Source of the DNA: Thraustochytrium aureum
Lineage: Eukaryota
Direction: 5' to 3'
Assembly: GCA_012862495.1 (NCBI GenBank)
Contig: BLSG01000240.1
Span: forward strand, 191,893 to 254,187
Length of the DNA stretch: 62,295 nt
Below the pieces are notes generated by a model. It was not told the origin of the DNA. It saw only the letters and a list, made by a program, of their open reading frames with translations, and ran no database searches. The position numbers and the translations under genes are program-made. This document shows, piece after piece, positions 39,744 through 51,631 of the stretch. The number at the start of each line of letters is the position of its first letter. Within the stretch, counting starts at the first letter, position 1.

Positions 39744-40296
39744 TCGAGGTCGCCGAGCTCCCCAAGGCCTTCCTTCCAGCGCATGCACAGCCCAGAATCA
39801 CCTCGACGGATATCAATACGGCACGCAGACTCGCGCCCGGCCAGAACACCACCACAACCACCACCGCCGCCGCCGCCGCCGCCACCACACCACCACTGAG
39901 GTCGTCGCGAAGGCCGTCTCCGAGCTCCTCGCCCTCCACGNNNNNNNNNNNNNNNNNNNNNNNNNNNNNNNNNNNNNNNNNNNNNNNNNNNNNNNNNNNN
40001 NNNNNNNNNNNNNNNNNNNNNNNNNNNNNNNNNNNNNNNNNNNNNNNNNNNNNNNNNNNNNNNNNNNNNNNNNNNNNNNNNNNNNNNNNNNNNNNNNNNN
40101 NNNNNNNNNNNNNNNNNNNNNNNNNNNNNNNNNNNNNNNNNNNNNNNNNNNNNNNNNNNNNNNNNNNNNNNNNNNNNNNNNNNNNNNNNNNNNNNNNNNN
40201 NNNNNNNNNNNNNNNNNNNNNNNNNNNNNNNNNNNNNNNNNNNNNNNNNNNNNNNNNNNNNNNNNNNNNNNNNNNNNNNNNNNNNNNNNNNNNNNN

Positions 40297-41361
40297 NTCG
40301 GCCGTCCAGGGCTTGGGCGGCGAGGGCCGCGGCAACGCAGGTGCCCAAGCGGCAACGGAAGCGGAAACTGGCCCTCGGCCAAGGCGGAAGGCGAGGAGGA
40401 AGGAGGCGGCGAGGCGGCGGCGGCGGCTGCGGTAGGAGGGGAGGCGGCGGAAAACCGGGCGGAAGCGGCGGCGACTGGCGCGGTCACGGGCGGCCCGCCA
40501 CGAGTGCGATACGTCACCGCGAAAGAATGGCGCGAGGGCCGCGTCCCGAAACGGACAGACGGCAAGAAGCCCTCCGAGGCGAGTATCGAGCTGGCGAAGA
40601 AGCTGTACGAGGAAAACGTAAACAAACTGCTCAGGACGATTTCGGAGAACAAGCGCGGCATGTACCGCGTGGAGATGGACGACGTAAGTTTGTTGCTGCC
40701 GGCTTGGAGGCAGGCCGCGAGCCTGGAGACGGAGCTGACCTGGCTGGGCTGAATCTTCCCGCATGACGCGGCGCAGAATGGGGTTATCACCAAGATCATC
40801 CGCATGAAGATGGGCAAGCCGCAGCCTAACGCATTTAGCCTGTTCATCCCCGGAGGAGACAAGCGGCCACGGTTCGGCGCGCTGACCGCGCTGCGGAGCT
40901 ACCAGCTCACGGTTGCCGAGACGCTCGTCAAGGATGTGGCGCGCGTCCTGGAGGCCAACGATGTCGCGTTCATCCTTGAGACTTCCGACATGGCGTCGAG
41001 GGCACCGGCGTTCAAGGAGGTCAAGGAGCAGGTCGACGACCTCACCAAGCGGTTCGCCACTCTGCCAGAGCCGATCGCAAAGCGCCAGGCGGAAGCCGAG
41101 AAGCTGCGCAAGGAGCAAGACCTCGCCAAAGAGGCCGAGCGCCAGCAAGTCTGGGACGAGGAGCCTGTCGCCAGCTTCGAGGACCTGCTCCGGGAGGAGC
41201 TCGAGTTGGAGCGCGAGCTCAAGGCAAAGGCAGCGGTTGCGTCCGGTGCGGTCGATGGTTCATCAAGTAGTGGTTTTGCCGCGTTCTCTGGGGGCGGCTC
41301 GCTTCGCAGCACAGCCAAAAAGCCGAACACGTCCAAGCCAGGCAAGTCCGGGCAGCGGTGA
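40297..41361 (+). CDS. Hypothetical protein, 3' part; frameshifted, with NLS-like PKRQRKRK and a C-terminal coiled coil
   Basis: Protein-like composition in successive frames (VRYVTAKEWREGRVP...; MKMGKPQPNAFSLF...AKRQAEAEKLRKEQ). No family recognised. Confidence 0.5.
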
Positions 41362-42343
41362 CTGTCACCGTTCTTCTCGTTCTTGCCGCCTCGCCGCGGG
41401 GAGCGCTGGCGTAGGCTCGCAAGGGTCCCACGCGGCCCCACTGAGCGCAACGGCGCGGGGCTTGCTCGCCGACGGCGAGCCGCATTATTTTTCTATAGCT
41501 CCTGCTTCATGCCCGTGCCACGTTTGTTTGATCAAGAACGTCCAGAAACGCGGTGATCTTGCCGTAGAGTACTCCGTAGCAAGTAGAGTAACCACCAACC
41601 ACGCGGGGAGCATCCATTCGACGCCGTGTCGCCCATCTTCCAACTTGCCTCCGCCTACAACTCATGATCACCGGCTGAGGATTGCATTTCACAGCCGGTC
41701 TGGGCTAATTTCGACGCGCAGTCCGCCCTTCCAAGCAAAGCCAAGCCCTTGCCTGCGAGNNNNNNNNNNNNNNNNNNNNNNNNNNNNNNNNNNNNNNNNN
41801 NNNNNNNNNNNNNNNNNNNNNNNNNNNNNNNNNNNNNNNNNNNNNNNNNNNNNNNNNNNNNNNNNNNNNNNNNNNNNNNNNNNNNNNNNNNNNNNNNNNN
41901 NNNNNNNNNNNNNNNNNNNNNNNNNNNNNNNNNNNNNNNNNNNNNNNNNNNNNNNNNNNNNNNNNNNNNNNNNNNNNNNNNNNNNNNNNNNNNNNNNNNN
42001 NNNNNNNNNNNNNNNNNNNNNNNNNNNNNNNNNNNNNNNNNNNNNNNNNNNNNNNNNNNNNNNNNNNNNNNNNNNNNNNNNNNNNNNNNNNNNNNNNNNN
42101 NNNNNNNNNNNNNNNNNNNNNNNNNNNNNNNNNNNNNNNNNNNNNNNNNNNNNNNNNNNNNNNNNNNNNNNNNNNNNNNNNNNNNNNNNNNNNNNNNNNN
42201 NNNNNNNNNNNNNNNNNNNNNNNNNNNNNNNNNNNNNNNNNNNNNNNNNNNNNNNNNNNNNNNNNNNNNNNNNNNNNNNNNNNNNNNNNNNNNNNNNNNN
42301 NNNNNNNNNNNNNNNNNNNNNNNNNNNNNNNNNNNNNNNNNNN

Positions 42344-42932
42344 GAGTGGGGTGCCGCACATCGCCGCTATATTTGCGGACGCCGAGCAAAGCTCAGCGTG
42401 CTGTCGCGCTACAACGCCGCGGTCGAGGCCAAGCTCAACCAGGGTACTCCGCACCCGCGCCATCCCTGACGCCGAGATGGTTGAGGCGATCGCGGTGGCC
42501 AAGATCAAGTCGGTACAGACGGCGATCACGCTGACGGACCAGCTGGCGCGCGAGGTTGGATCGTATGCGCTCATGTACGAGTCTGGATTTGGTTCGACGC
42601 ACTGGCTTCTCATGTGCCAGTTCGCCGAGGGCGACAGCCGCATCCTGATGCAAAAGCTGGCCCGCGACTCGATGAAGGCATTCAAGGCATCTTCGTGGAA
42701 GGACACTGGCAAGGAGATTGTCTTTGGCTCTTCTGCCGAGCAACAGGAGATGAAGGTCCGCTTTCAGCTGAGCCGTGCGCTCTCGGCTGCGGCTTCTCCG
42801 GCTGACGCCGGCCGCCTCTGGAACGAGAACTCGCCGCTGGTGTACGAGCTTGCTGAGGCCGTCTGCGCGCGGTACGTATCCAAGTTCGTTGACGAGGAGG
42901 GCCGCGCACAGCTGTTCCTGGCCAAGCTCTAG
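42344..42932 (+). CDS. Acyl-CoA oxidase/dehydrogenase-like protein, C-terminal fragment
   Basis: EAIAVAKIKSV...LAREVGSYALM...MCQFAEGDSRILMQKLARD resembles the ACOX/ACAD C-terminal 'EGD' motif. The 5' part lies in the gap. Confidence 0.7.
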
Positions 42933-43235
42933 CTCCGTCTTTTCCTCTTGTCAAGAACGGGGCTGGTCGCGGGCAGTGAGCGTTCGGTGCGGGCGCAGCG
43001 CGGCGATTCATTTTTATAAAGGGCTGCGGCACCTATTCTCTTTCCCTGCGGTTATCGCGCCGCCCGAATTATCAGATTTCTTTTATCCCCTTAGGTGTCC
43101 AGGCCGCCTCGGCGCTCGTTGAATTCGGCGCGCCGAACCTGGCGCGCGACGGCGTTTTCGATTTTTACCACTTTTGGATGTTGGGAGCTATGTGGACAAG
43201 GCTGGCCAGGTTCCACAGTGCGCGAGCGAGGGACC

Positions 43236-43904
43236 TCAGCGGTACAGGTCTTTCTCGTCGGGGCTGGCTCGCTCCATAGAGATGGCAAGCGGAGCGAGTT
43301 TGCCAGCCTTTTCAAGCCGCTCGCGCGCACGGCTGCTCGCATCATTGATAGCCGCGGCGAGAGTCTTGGCGTCGCGCACAGGCCACAGCATGAACCACTG
43401 TGTTTTGACGCAGCACCCTGGCTTTGTGCCGCTCACACCGAGGGGGGTCCAAATCGGGGGCAGGCTGAACGCGTACGACGGTTTGCAGCACGAGGAGCAG
43501 CATGATGAGCTCCTGTTGTAGAACACGAGACCTTCCCCGCACATGTCAAAGCACGTGGGGCAGCAGCTCCCATGTGTATCCTTTGGGGTGCAGAAACCGG
43601 CTTGTTCCACCTCATTGTTGAAAAAGTCGCGGTCGAAGTAGATCGTCCCGATGTTGTCGATGCGAGTGCCACAGGTCATGCCTGGGCGGTTAAACTCCAA
43701 TTTGTTCTCGTATACAGTCGTGTACGTTGACTCCATGAGCTCGTCGACAGCGTTGTAGAGGAATATGTTGCACGACATCAGTGACAGGCACTTGAGCCAC
43801 TCCTTGTAGCTTTCTGGCGCCTGCTCCGAGTAGACCACTTTGTCCAACAAGCCATCATCTTCGGTGACGCGGTGGATGGGGCGGCCAAAACGCTCAAGAG
43901 CCAT
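43236..43904 (-). CDS. Cysteine-rich hypothetical protein (222 aa)
   Basis: Clean ORF from MALERFGRP with CCPTCFDMCGE, CCSSCC and GCC clusters. Confidence 0.7.
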   Translation of the reverse strand: MALERFGRPIHRVTEDDGLLDKVVYSEQAPESYKEWLKCLSLMSCNIFLYNAVDELMESTYTTVYENKLEFNRPGMTCGTRIDNIGTIYFDRDFFNNEVEQAGFCTPKDTHGSCCPTCFDMCGEGLVFYNRSSSCCSSCCKPSYAFSLPPIWTPLGVSGTKPGCCVKTQWFMLWPVRDAKTLAAAINDASSRARERLEKAGKLAPLAISMERASPDEKDLYR

Positions 43905-44659
43905 CTTTTGCGCTCGAGTTGAAAACGCTGCTTTTTGGCTTGTCTTGCCTGTCTTGCTTTCTCCGATTGGGTTTATTGATCTGCTTGCTTGGCTTGCCTG
44001 GCGTGCTTGGTTTCCTTCTGCGATTCGGGTTTGGTGATGGCGAGGGCGTGGCCACCAGCCATGCAGATCGAATTGATGCTCCGCGCCGCGACATGGATTC
44101 CGTTCGTGCAGCTTTGCTCGCCCTTTGTCATTCTGGGTGCTCTCCAAGTTTTGGTGTACCAGTCAAGATGGGGTTGACTGGGATCCCACGCTCCACGCCA
44201 GTGAGTCGTTTGTGAATCTGAAATCCATGCCCGCTTCCGTTCGAAACGCAACCCAAGGATCATCATTTCAGGATCCTGTGCTTTTACGCAGCTCAAAAGC
44301 CTGGTCCTGGAAAAGGCGAGATCGAGAAGCAGCCCGAAGCGGCGCTTCATTCCCGCTCGCGAGACCCAGGACCAGTCCAGTAATTCCTTTCGGCTGAGCA
44401 ATGCGCGGAGTTCTCTCCCTCGCGCGCGCGGATGGGCTGCACCTTCACAACCAACAAAGTGCATTTTCTTCGCAGCGCAACAGGCCCTTCGTGGACGTGA
44501 AGAAATCCGCGGCGTGCCTCGAGTCCAAAGGGAGATCGGCACTGGAGGTCGGATTTCGCACACACGGCCCACTTCGTCAAGAATCTGACCCTCAAGAGTC
44601 CCAAGTGTTGTCTTAGAAACTTCAAGAAACTTCGCCGACATGGATGAGGAGGGACCACC

Positions 44660-45740
44660 AGAGCGACCCATCTCAATGACAAACGCCGCGCTTGGCCTCT
44701 CAGGCGATCGTCTTGCATTTCTCGCTCATAGAGGCCCGCGCAGGCATGCTTGGTGCAGTGTCCATTCCGCTCTGCTGCAACGTCTCGTTTTCGTTTTCAC
44801 ACCGACATGCGGTGCAGGCCGAAGGAACGAGCCGTTTCGTTTGCAAGTAGTCGTTGAGACGCCGGTTTATTACTGTGCAGTTTGCACACCTTGCCCCAGT
44901 AAGCCTTGATTGACGAGAATTGGCGTCGCGTCCGGTGCTCAGGAGCCTTGGACAAAATGGCCTGTCGAGAGGAGGCTCTCTTGTCAAGCACAAGGAGGAC
45001 TTGACAAGGTTTTCTACTCAGTACACTACACGCCGCCTCAAGGGCTTCGAGCGCGCTTGTCCCCAGACAAACGGCTCATTCCCTCGCTCAGCCAGGCCCG
45101 CGGAGGCATGTTTGGTGCAGTCTCCTACCTGCCCATTCCCCTCTGCTGCACGGCTCGTCTTGTTTTCACACCACNNNNNNNNNNNNNNNNNNNNNNNNNN
45201 NNNNNNNNNNNNNNNNNNNNNNNNNNNNNNNNNNNNNNNNNNNNNNNNNNNNNNNNNNNNNNNNNNNNNNNNNNNNNNNNNNNNNNNNNNNNNNNNNNNN
45301 NNNNNNNNNNNNNNNNNNNNNNNNNNNNNNNNNNNNNNNNNNNNNNNNNNNNNNNNNNNNNNNNNNNNNNNNNNNNNNNNNNNNNNNNNNNNNNNNNNNN
45401 NNNNNNNNNNNNNNNNNNNNNNNNNNNNNNNNNNNNNNNNNNNNNNCCGGAGTCCTTGTGACGGCGAACTTTGTACTCACACGGCGTGCTAGAACGCCTA
45501 CTCTCGTGCACTTCCTTGATAGTAGGCGCCGGGCGAGAGTGCTGCCACAGTATTGCTCTCGTCAAGAAAGTGCCAGAGACAGGAGAGGTTGAAAAGTACG
45601 GTGCACTGGCTGCACCACGAAGAGGCTTTAAAAGACGTCGTGCTTTCAGCACGCCACCTTTTCGACAAGAATTGCGCTTGGAAACAGGAGAACGGCTCAT
45701 TTCCCGCTCAACGAGGCCCGCGGAAGCCCGTATGGTGAGA
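44660..45740 (+). repeat. Three degenerate direct repeats of about 90-140 bp (about 44665-44802, 45028-45174, 45649-45737)
   Basis: Shared core ...gcgcttg...(aacggct)catt..cgctca..aggcccgcg..gcatg.ttggtgcagt...ctctgctgca...tcgt..tgttttcacacc, with conserved spacing between blocks. Confidence 0.75.
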
Positions 45741-46060
45741 CATCAAAGAGGCGTGCAGCAAAGTGAAATAGGCAAAGAATGTGACGTCGGGTAACGACAC
45801 TGTCCGGACGAGCATCAGTGACGCCCCTTCTTTACACGCAGTTTACACCACCCGTCTTCTCAGAGCACAATAACTACCTTTGGTGGAGCCAGGTCCTGCG
45901 CGGAGTTTTGTGCACGCCATTCACTTCGCTCTGTCTCATCGAAGAACGACAGTCCACTGCCCAGTAGACGCCAACGACTCTAACTTGAAAGCAAATCCTC
46001 TTTCTGGACTGCAACCAGGGCGACGACGACAAAGCTGCGAGAGCGAGACACGGTGCTTCG

Positions 46061-47218
46061 ATGGCGTGCTGTATATGCTGCTGCGGCAGCGCCTATGGTC
46101 TGCCGATAATGTACCCCGCGTATTCGAGCTGGCGGATGCGTTCCCCCTTGTACCGCGCAGCCAGGAAAGGCAACCCCGAGCAAGTGCGACAGCTTCTCAA
46201 GCGATGCCACCGGCATGGCGCAGACCACCGATACCTGCTGCAGCACCTGGTGATGAGCTCTTGGAACAAAAACCGTAGGGAAATGCTCGAGTTGCTGCTT
46301 TCGGCAGACTTTTACTGGGCGCAGTACCTGAACCAATTTTTCAACATGGCGCTCTGCTTTCCCTGGAACAACTACATGGTGGCCAGGTACCTCAAGGGCG
46401 CTGGTGCAACCATGCCGCCCGAGTGGAGCACCTGCCATGCCTGCATGTGTCTGGCCACGTGCGGCCTGTGTCTGCCGTGCTGTCCAGGACAGCGGTACGC
46501 CTGCGGGTGCCTGTCGATTTCGCCTCTCGCATCTCGACACGACTTGATCGCCCGCGCACCCGAGCAAGTCGTCATGGACCGCCGTCTCGGCGAGGCGCTC
46601 CCGCAACTCGGACAAGAAAAGTTTGACGTCTTTCTTTCCCACGACTGGGGCGATTCGAGTGCGGCCACGGGTGCGCACGGTCTCAACAATCACCAGTTTG
46701 TAGCCAAGGTCAAGGCTCGCCTGCAACGCGCAGGCTTTGCAACTTGGTTTGACGAAGATCAGTTGGACACCAACGTGTTGGGCGACATTTCCCGCGGCAT
46801 CGACAACTCAAAGTGCATGGTCGTTTTCCTGACGGAACGGTACATGAACAAGGTCAACAGTGACCCAACCCACCGGGATGCGTGCCGGCACGAGTTTTGC
46901 TACGCCACGCAGCGGCTGCCCTCGCGCATGATCCCTGTTGTACGAGACCCAAAGCTGCTTCGCGTCCACGAGTGGAAAGGAATCATTGGAACACATTTGA
47001 ACGCCTCCACGAATCTGTACATCGACATGACGACCGAGGCCAAAATGAAAGAGAATATGGGCCTGCTCATTGAGCGAATCGCAGTGTGCATCCGCGAGGC
47101 CAGGCTTGCAGAAGGTGGGATCGCCGAGCCGGCTTCGATGCCGAAGGTGGCCAGCCACTTGCAACCAGCTGATGTGGTAATCGCGCAGCCTGTCGGTGGT
47201 TGGGAGTCATCCCAGTGA
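46061..47218 (+). CDS. Cys-rich, ankyrin-like N-terminus fused to a TIR (TIR_2-type) domain
   Basis: TIR: KFDVFLSHDWG, ATWFDEDQL, ISRGIDNSKCMVVFLTERY, CRHEFCYA, MIPVV, LYID. Ankyrin-like SPLYRAARKGNPEQVRQLL. N-terminal MACCICCCG. Confidence 0.85.
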   Translation: MACCICCCGSAYGLPIMYPAYSSWRMRSPLYRAARKGNPEQVRQLLKRCHRHGADHRYLLQHLVMSSWNKNRREMLELLLSADFYWAQYLNQFFNMALCFPWNNYMVARYLKGAGATMPPEWSTCHACMCLATCGLCLPCCPGQRYACGCLSISPLASRHDLIARAPEQVVMDRRLGEALPQLGQEKFDVFLSHDWGDSSAATGAHGLNNHQFVAKVKARLQRAGFATWFDEDQLDTNVLGDISRGIDNSKCMVVFLTERYMNKVNSDPTHRDACRHEFCYATQRLPSRMIPVVRDPKLLRVHEWKGIIGTHLNASTNLYIDMTTEAKMKENMGLLIERIAVCIREARLAEGGIAEPASMPKVASHLQPADVVIAQPVGGWESSQ

Positions 47219-48296
47219 TTGCAAGTCTATGTCTACGGTCAAAACGCGGTCGGTCCTGCACGTGGTTGCGACCGTTCGCAGAGGGAAAATGTAATTTGCT
47301 TCACTTCAGCCAAACGTCAATAACCAAAAATCCAACCAAACGTTTTTCGCGAGTTCTCCATGGCAAGTTTGGCAACTGCCATGGGATCCGACGGCCGAAG
47401 CCCAGAAGAGCGCGAGGAAGTGNNNNNNNNNNNNNNNNNNNNNNNNNNNNNNNNNNNNNNNNNNNNNNNNNNNNNNNNNNNNNNNNNNNNNNNNNNNNNN
47501 NNNNNNNNNNNNNNNNNNNNNNNNNNNNNNNNNNNNNNNNNNNNNNNNNNNNNNNNNNNNNNNNNNNNNNNNNNNNNNNNNNNNNNNNNNNNNNNNNNNN
47601 NNNNNNNNNNNNNNNNNNNNNNNNNNNNNNNNNNNNNNNNNNNNNNNNNNNNNNNNNNNNNNNNNNNNNNNNNNNNNNNNNNNNNNNNNNNNNNNNNNNN
47701 NNNNNNNNNNNNNNNNNNNNNNNNNNNNNNNNNNNNNNNNNNNNNNNNNNNNNNNNNNNNNNNNNNNNNNNNNNNNNNNNNNNNNNNNNNNNNNNNNNNN
47801 NNNNNNNNNNNNNNNNNNNNNNNNNNNNNNNNNNNNNNNNNNNNNNNNNNNNNNNNNNNNNNNNNNNNNNNNNNNNNNNNNNNNNNNNNNNNNNNNNNNN
47901 NNNNNNNNNNNNNNNNNNNNNNNNNNNNNNNNNNNNNNNNNNNNTTCAAAAGCGATGCAGCAGCCGATCACGGCTTGTTGCTGCCTGCACAGTCTCGCTT
48001 TCGAGCCGGATGTGCCTTGCCGCCGCTGGAATGGAGGGCTGGTCTTGCGCTGTTGGTCTGTGATTGCTATTCGATGTTCGTGGACGTCATCAACATCGAC
48101 AACGTCAACCAACCTCAGCCCGTCGCGCGACGCCCGCCAGTCAGCCAGCTCGCAGTCCCAAAACGAAGCAGCTTTCGCGAGATCCACGCGCGGCGGCGGC
48201 GGCGACAACAAGCGCGACGAGACGAGCGCGGCGAAAGGCAGCGGAGGAACAAAGGTGGCGACGAGGGCAGCGACGGCTGAACGCGGACGGGACTCG

Positions 48297-50958
48297 ATGG
48301 TCGAGTTCGTGAGCGTTGCGTGGGAAGGATGGTTTCACGGTTAGCGTGCTGGCCGTGATGGTGGCGGCGCTGGCAAAGAACGTGGCGCCGCCGGAGATGC
48401 TCATGGCCCTGGCACTGAGCGTGGTCACGAGCGCTGGAGTTATTTCTGTAAGGGAAAGGTCGCAGGGTTCGCGAATCCCGGCGTACTCACCGTGGCGGTG
48501 CTGTACGTTGTAGCCGCTGGGCTAAACGGTACAGGTACGCTCGAGTACCTCGTGAGCAAGGTCCTGGGGACGCCCCGAAGCCTAGCAAGCGCCCAACTTC
48601 GGATTTTCGCCCCTGTTGCTCTGCTGTCGGCATTTCTCAACAACACCCCAGTGGTCGCGATGATGATCCCAGTCATCAACAAGTGGGCCGGTCGTGTCGG
48701 CCTTCCCGTGTCGCAGCTTCTGATGCCGCTGAGCTTCGTGGCTATCCTTGGCGGCACCTGCACGCTCATCGGTACCTCAACCAACTTGGTTGTTGCGGGC
48801 AAGTACGCAGAGGCCTTTCCGGAGTTTGAGCCGCTGGGCCTGTTTGGCATCAGCCTCGCGGGTGTACCGAGCTTGCTGGTTGGATTGACCTACATGATCC
48901 TCTTTTCTGGCAAGCTGCTGCCAGGCTTCCCGGAGATTGAGGAGCGATCTGGACTTTCCATGCTCGCATCGAATGGGGCCAACAGCGGCGAGTTCCTGGT
49001 CGCGTGCAGGGTCAACCACGGCTCGCGCGCGTCGGGGCTCACTGTGCAGGAGGCCGGTCTACGTGGAATTCGCGGCTTGTTCCTCAGCAGCGTTGAGCGG
49101 GACGGCACGAGTTTCCCAGCCATTGGCCACGACTTTGTTATTCACACCGGCGACGTTCTCCTCTTCGCCGGCGTCGTACCAGACGACTTTGCGAGCTTTT
49201 GTGCATCGTATGGATTCAGCGTCCTCGCATCGTCGGAGGACGACGATCGGCAAGAGGGCGCGACAGCGAGAGGGGAGCACCTTTCGATTCTCTTCGGGGA
49301 CGAGGTTGAGGAGTGCAAGAGAATTGTGCGGGCGATGGTGAAGGGGGGGAGTTCACTCATTGGAAAGACTGCCAAGGACGCAAACTTTCGCGCCACGTTC
49401 GACGCCGCAATCCTTTCGCTCGCGCGGTCCAACGAAGGCGTCGTCCACAGCAACATCGGGCGCATTCAGCTCGAGGCGGGCGACGTGCTGCTGCTCCTCA
49501 CCGGTGACTCGTTTTCCTGGGAGGCGCCGGCAACCAAGAGCGACCTCAAGGCGTTGCCGAGCAGCGGCCTCGCTACTGGGGCCGCCCAAGTCAGCCCCGG
49601 CGAGTTTGTCACTCTGCAAGACGACCCGCTCTACAGCACCGGCACGGGACTGAACCGCGAATTCTTGATCTCCATGCGAGTCGCGTCTTCCCCACGGCTG
49701 CTCGGCGCGCAATCCATGGTCGGGCGGACCGTGCAACAAGGCGGTCTGAGGGGCTTGCCAGGCGTCTTCCTCATCGCGATAGAGCACGAGGACGGCTCTG
49801 TCCAGTACGCGGTTGGCCCCGAAGAGCGCCTTGCAGCAGGGGACATTGTTTGGTTTGTCGGCACGCGGGAGAGTCTTTCGGTCATCCGGCGCGTGCCAGG
49901 CCTGTGCTCGGTGGACGACCAAGAAAACAAGTTGGCGGTGGACAAGCTACGCCGTCGCTTAATTGAATGCGCCATTTCGCTCCATTCCAGCCTCCGCGGG
50001 AAGACTATTCGCGAGGCGCGGTTTCGGACCCGCTATGATGGCGTTGTCGTCGCAGTCCATCGCCACGGCACAAGGCTCATTTCCAAGATTGGTGACATCG
50101 AGGTGCAAGCCGGTGATGTGCTCGTGTTGGAGACTGGGCCAGGCTTTGTAGAGCGGTTTGCAAACGATCCGAACTTTACACTGCTGAGCGAGATCGAGGA
50201 TTCCACCCCGCCGCGCTTCAACAAGTTTTGGATCGCGGCAGTGGCCGCGGTGTTGATGATTGTGCTCCCTCTTGTCTGGAGCGAGCACTTTAACCTGTTG
50301 AACACGGCCGTGTATGCAAGCGCAGTGATGGTTGCTTCTGGGTGCGTCACGACAACTGACGCTCGCAAATCGGTTGGTTGGGATGTCATCGTGACCGTGG
50401 CGTGCGCTTTCGGGCTCAGCGCTGCGCTGGAGAAAACGAACGTCGCGACGCTCATCGGACAAGCGTTGGCTCACCTGGCATCGCTTGCGAACGCGGGTTT
50501 CTGGGGCGTACTGCTCACCACGTACATTGCGACTGCGGGGCTCTCGCTCGTCGTCGCCAACAACGCGGCCGCTTTGCTCATGTTCCCGATCGCGTCTCTT
50601 GCGGCAAAAGAATCTTGCCCCGAAGGAACTTTGGAGGAAGACTGCCTCGAGCAGCAGATGTTTATTCTCATGCTTGGGGCATCGGCTTGCTTTGCGTCGC
50701 CGTACGGATACCAAACCAACATGATGGTGATGGGGCCGGGCCACTATACCTTTATGGACTTTGTCAAGTTCGGCGGCTTGATGCAACTCTGGCAGATCAT
50801 TTCCGACGTCACGTTTGTCTTCTTCGTCGAGTTTTGGTATGTGAACTGGTTGGCTGCAGGCCTGGGTTTTGGCGTCGTTGCCGTAGTTTTTTCAAAGCCT
50901 CGCTGCTTCCAGCGCGGGTTAGCGACAACTCGCGAAGCCGCCTCAAGCTCCGACCACG
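48297..50958 (+). CDS. SLC13/DASS-family Na+/sulfate-type symporter with multiple TrkA-C (RCK_C) domains; frameshifts in the 5' end, stop lost in gap
   Basis: SAFLNNTPVVAMMIP, LGGTCTLIGTSTNLVV, four TrkA-C-like repeats (e.g. GKTIREARFRTRYDGVVVAVHRHG...GDVLVL), VANNAAALLMFPIA, SPYGYQTNMMVMGPGHY.FMDFVKFG. Confidence 0.92.
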
Positions 50959-51631
50959 GNNNNNNNNNNNNNNNNNNNNNNNNNNNNNNNNNNNNNNNNN
51001 NNNNNNNNNNNNNNNNNNNNNNNNNNNNNNNNNNNNNNNNNNNNNNNNNNNNNNNNNNNNNNNNNNNNNNNNNNNNNNNNNNNNNNNNNNNNNNNNNNNN
51101 NNNNNNNNNNNNNNNNNNNNNNNNNNNNNNNNNNNNNNNNNNNNNNNNNNNNNNNNNNNNNNNNNNNNNNNNNNNNNNNNNNNNNNNNNNNNNNNNNNNN
51201 NNNNNNNNNNNNNNNNNNNNNNNNNNNNNNNNNNNNNNNNNNNNNNNNNNNNNNNNNNNNNNNNNNNNNNNNNNNNNNNNNNNNNNNNNNNNNNNNNNNN
51301 NNNNNNNNNNNNNNNNNNNNNNNNNNNNNNNNNNNNNNNNNNNNNNNNNNNNNNNNNNNNNNNNNNNNNNNNNNNNNNNNNNNNNNNNNNNNNNNNNNNN
51401 NNNNNNNNNGCGGATTGCTGCTCACTTTTGCAGAGGAAAGGCGCAGGCGCATCGAGTTGTGCTTTTAGGATTAGTATAGGAGTATGTATGTACCTAGTAG
51501 TCAAGCTTGCGCGCGCTGCACCACGACGGGGCTGCTGCCCAGCACGCGGCTTTGTTTGCTTTTTTCATTCATCATCAGTCCACGGGCACTCCAGCGGCCG
51601 CGCTCGCTTTCGCGCCATCGACCCGCAAACC

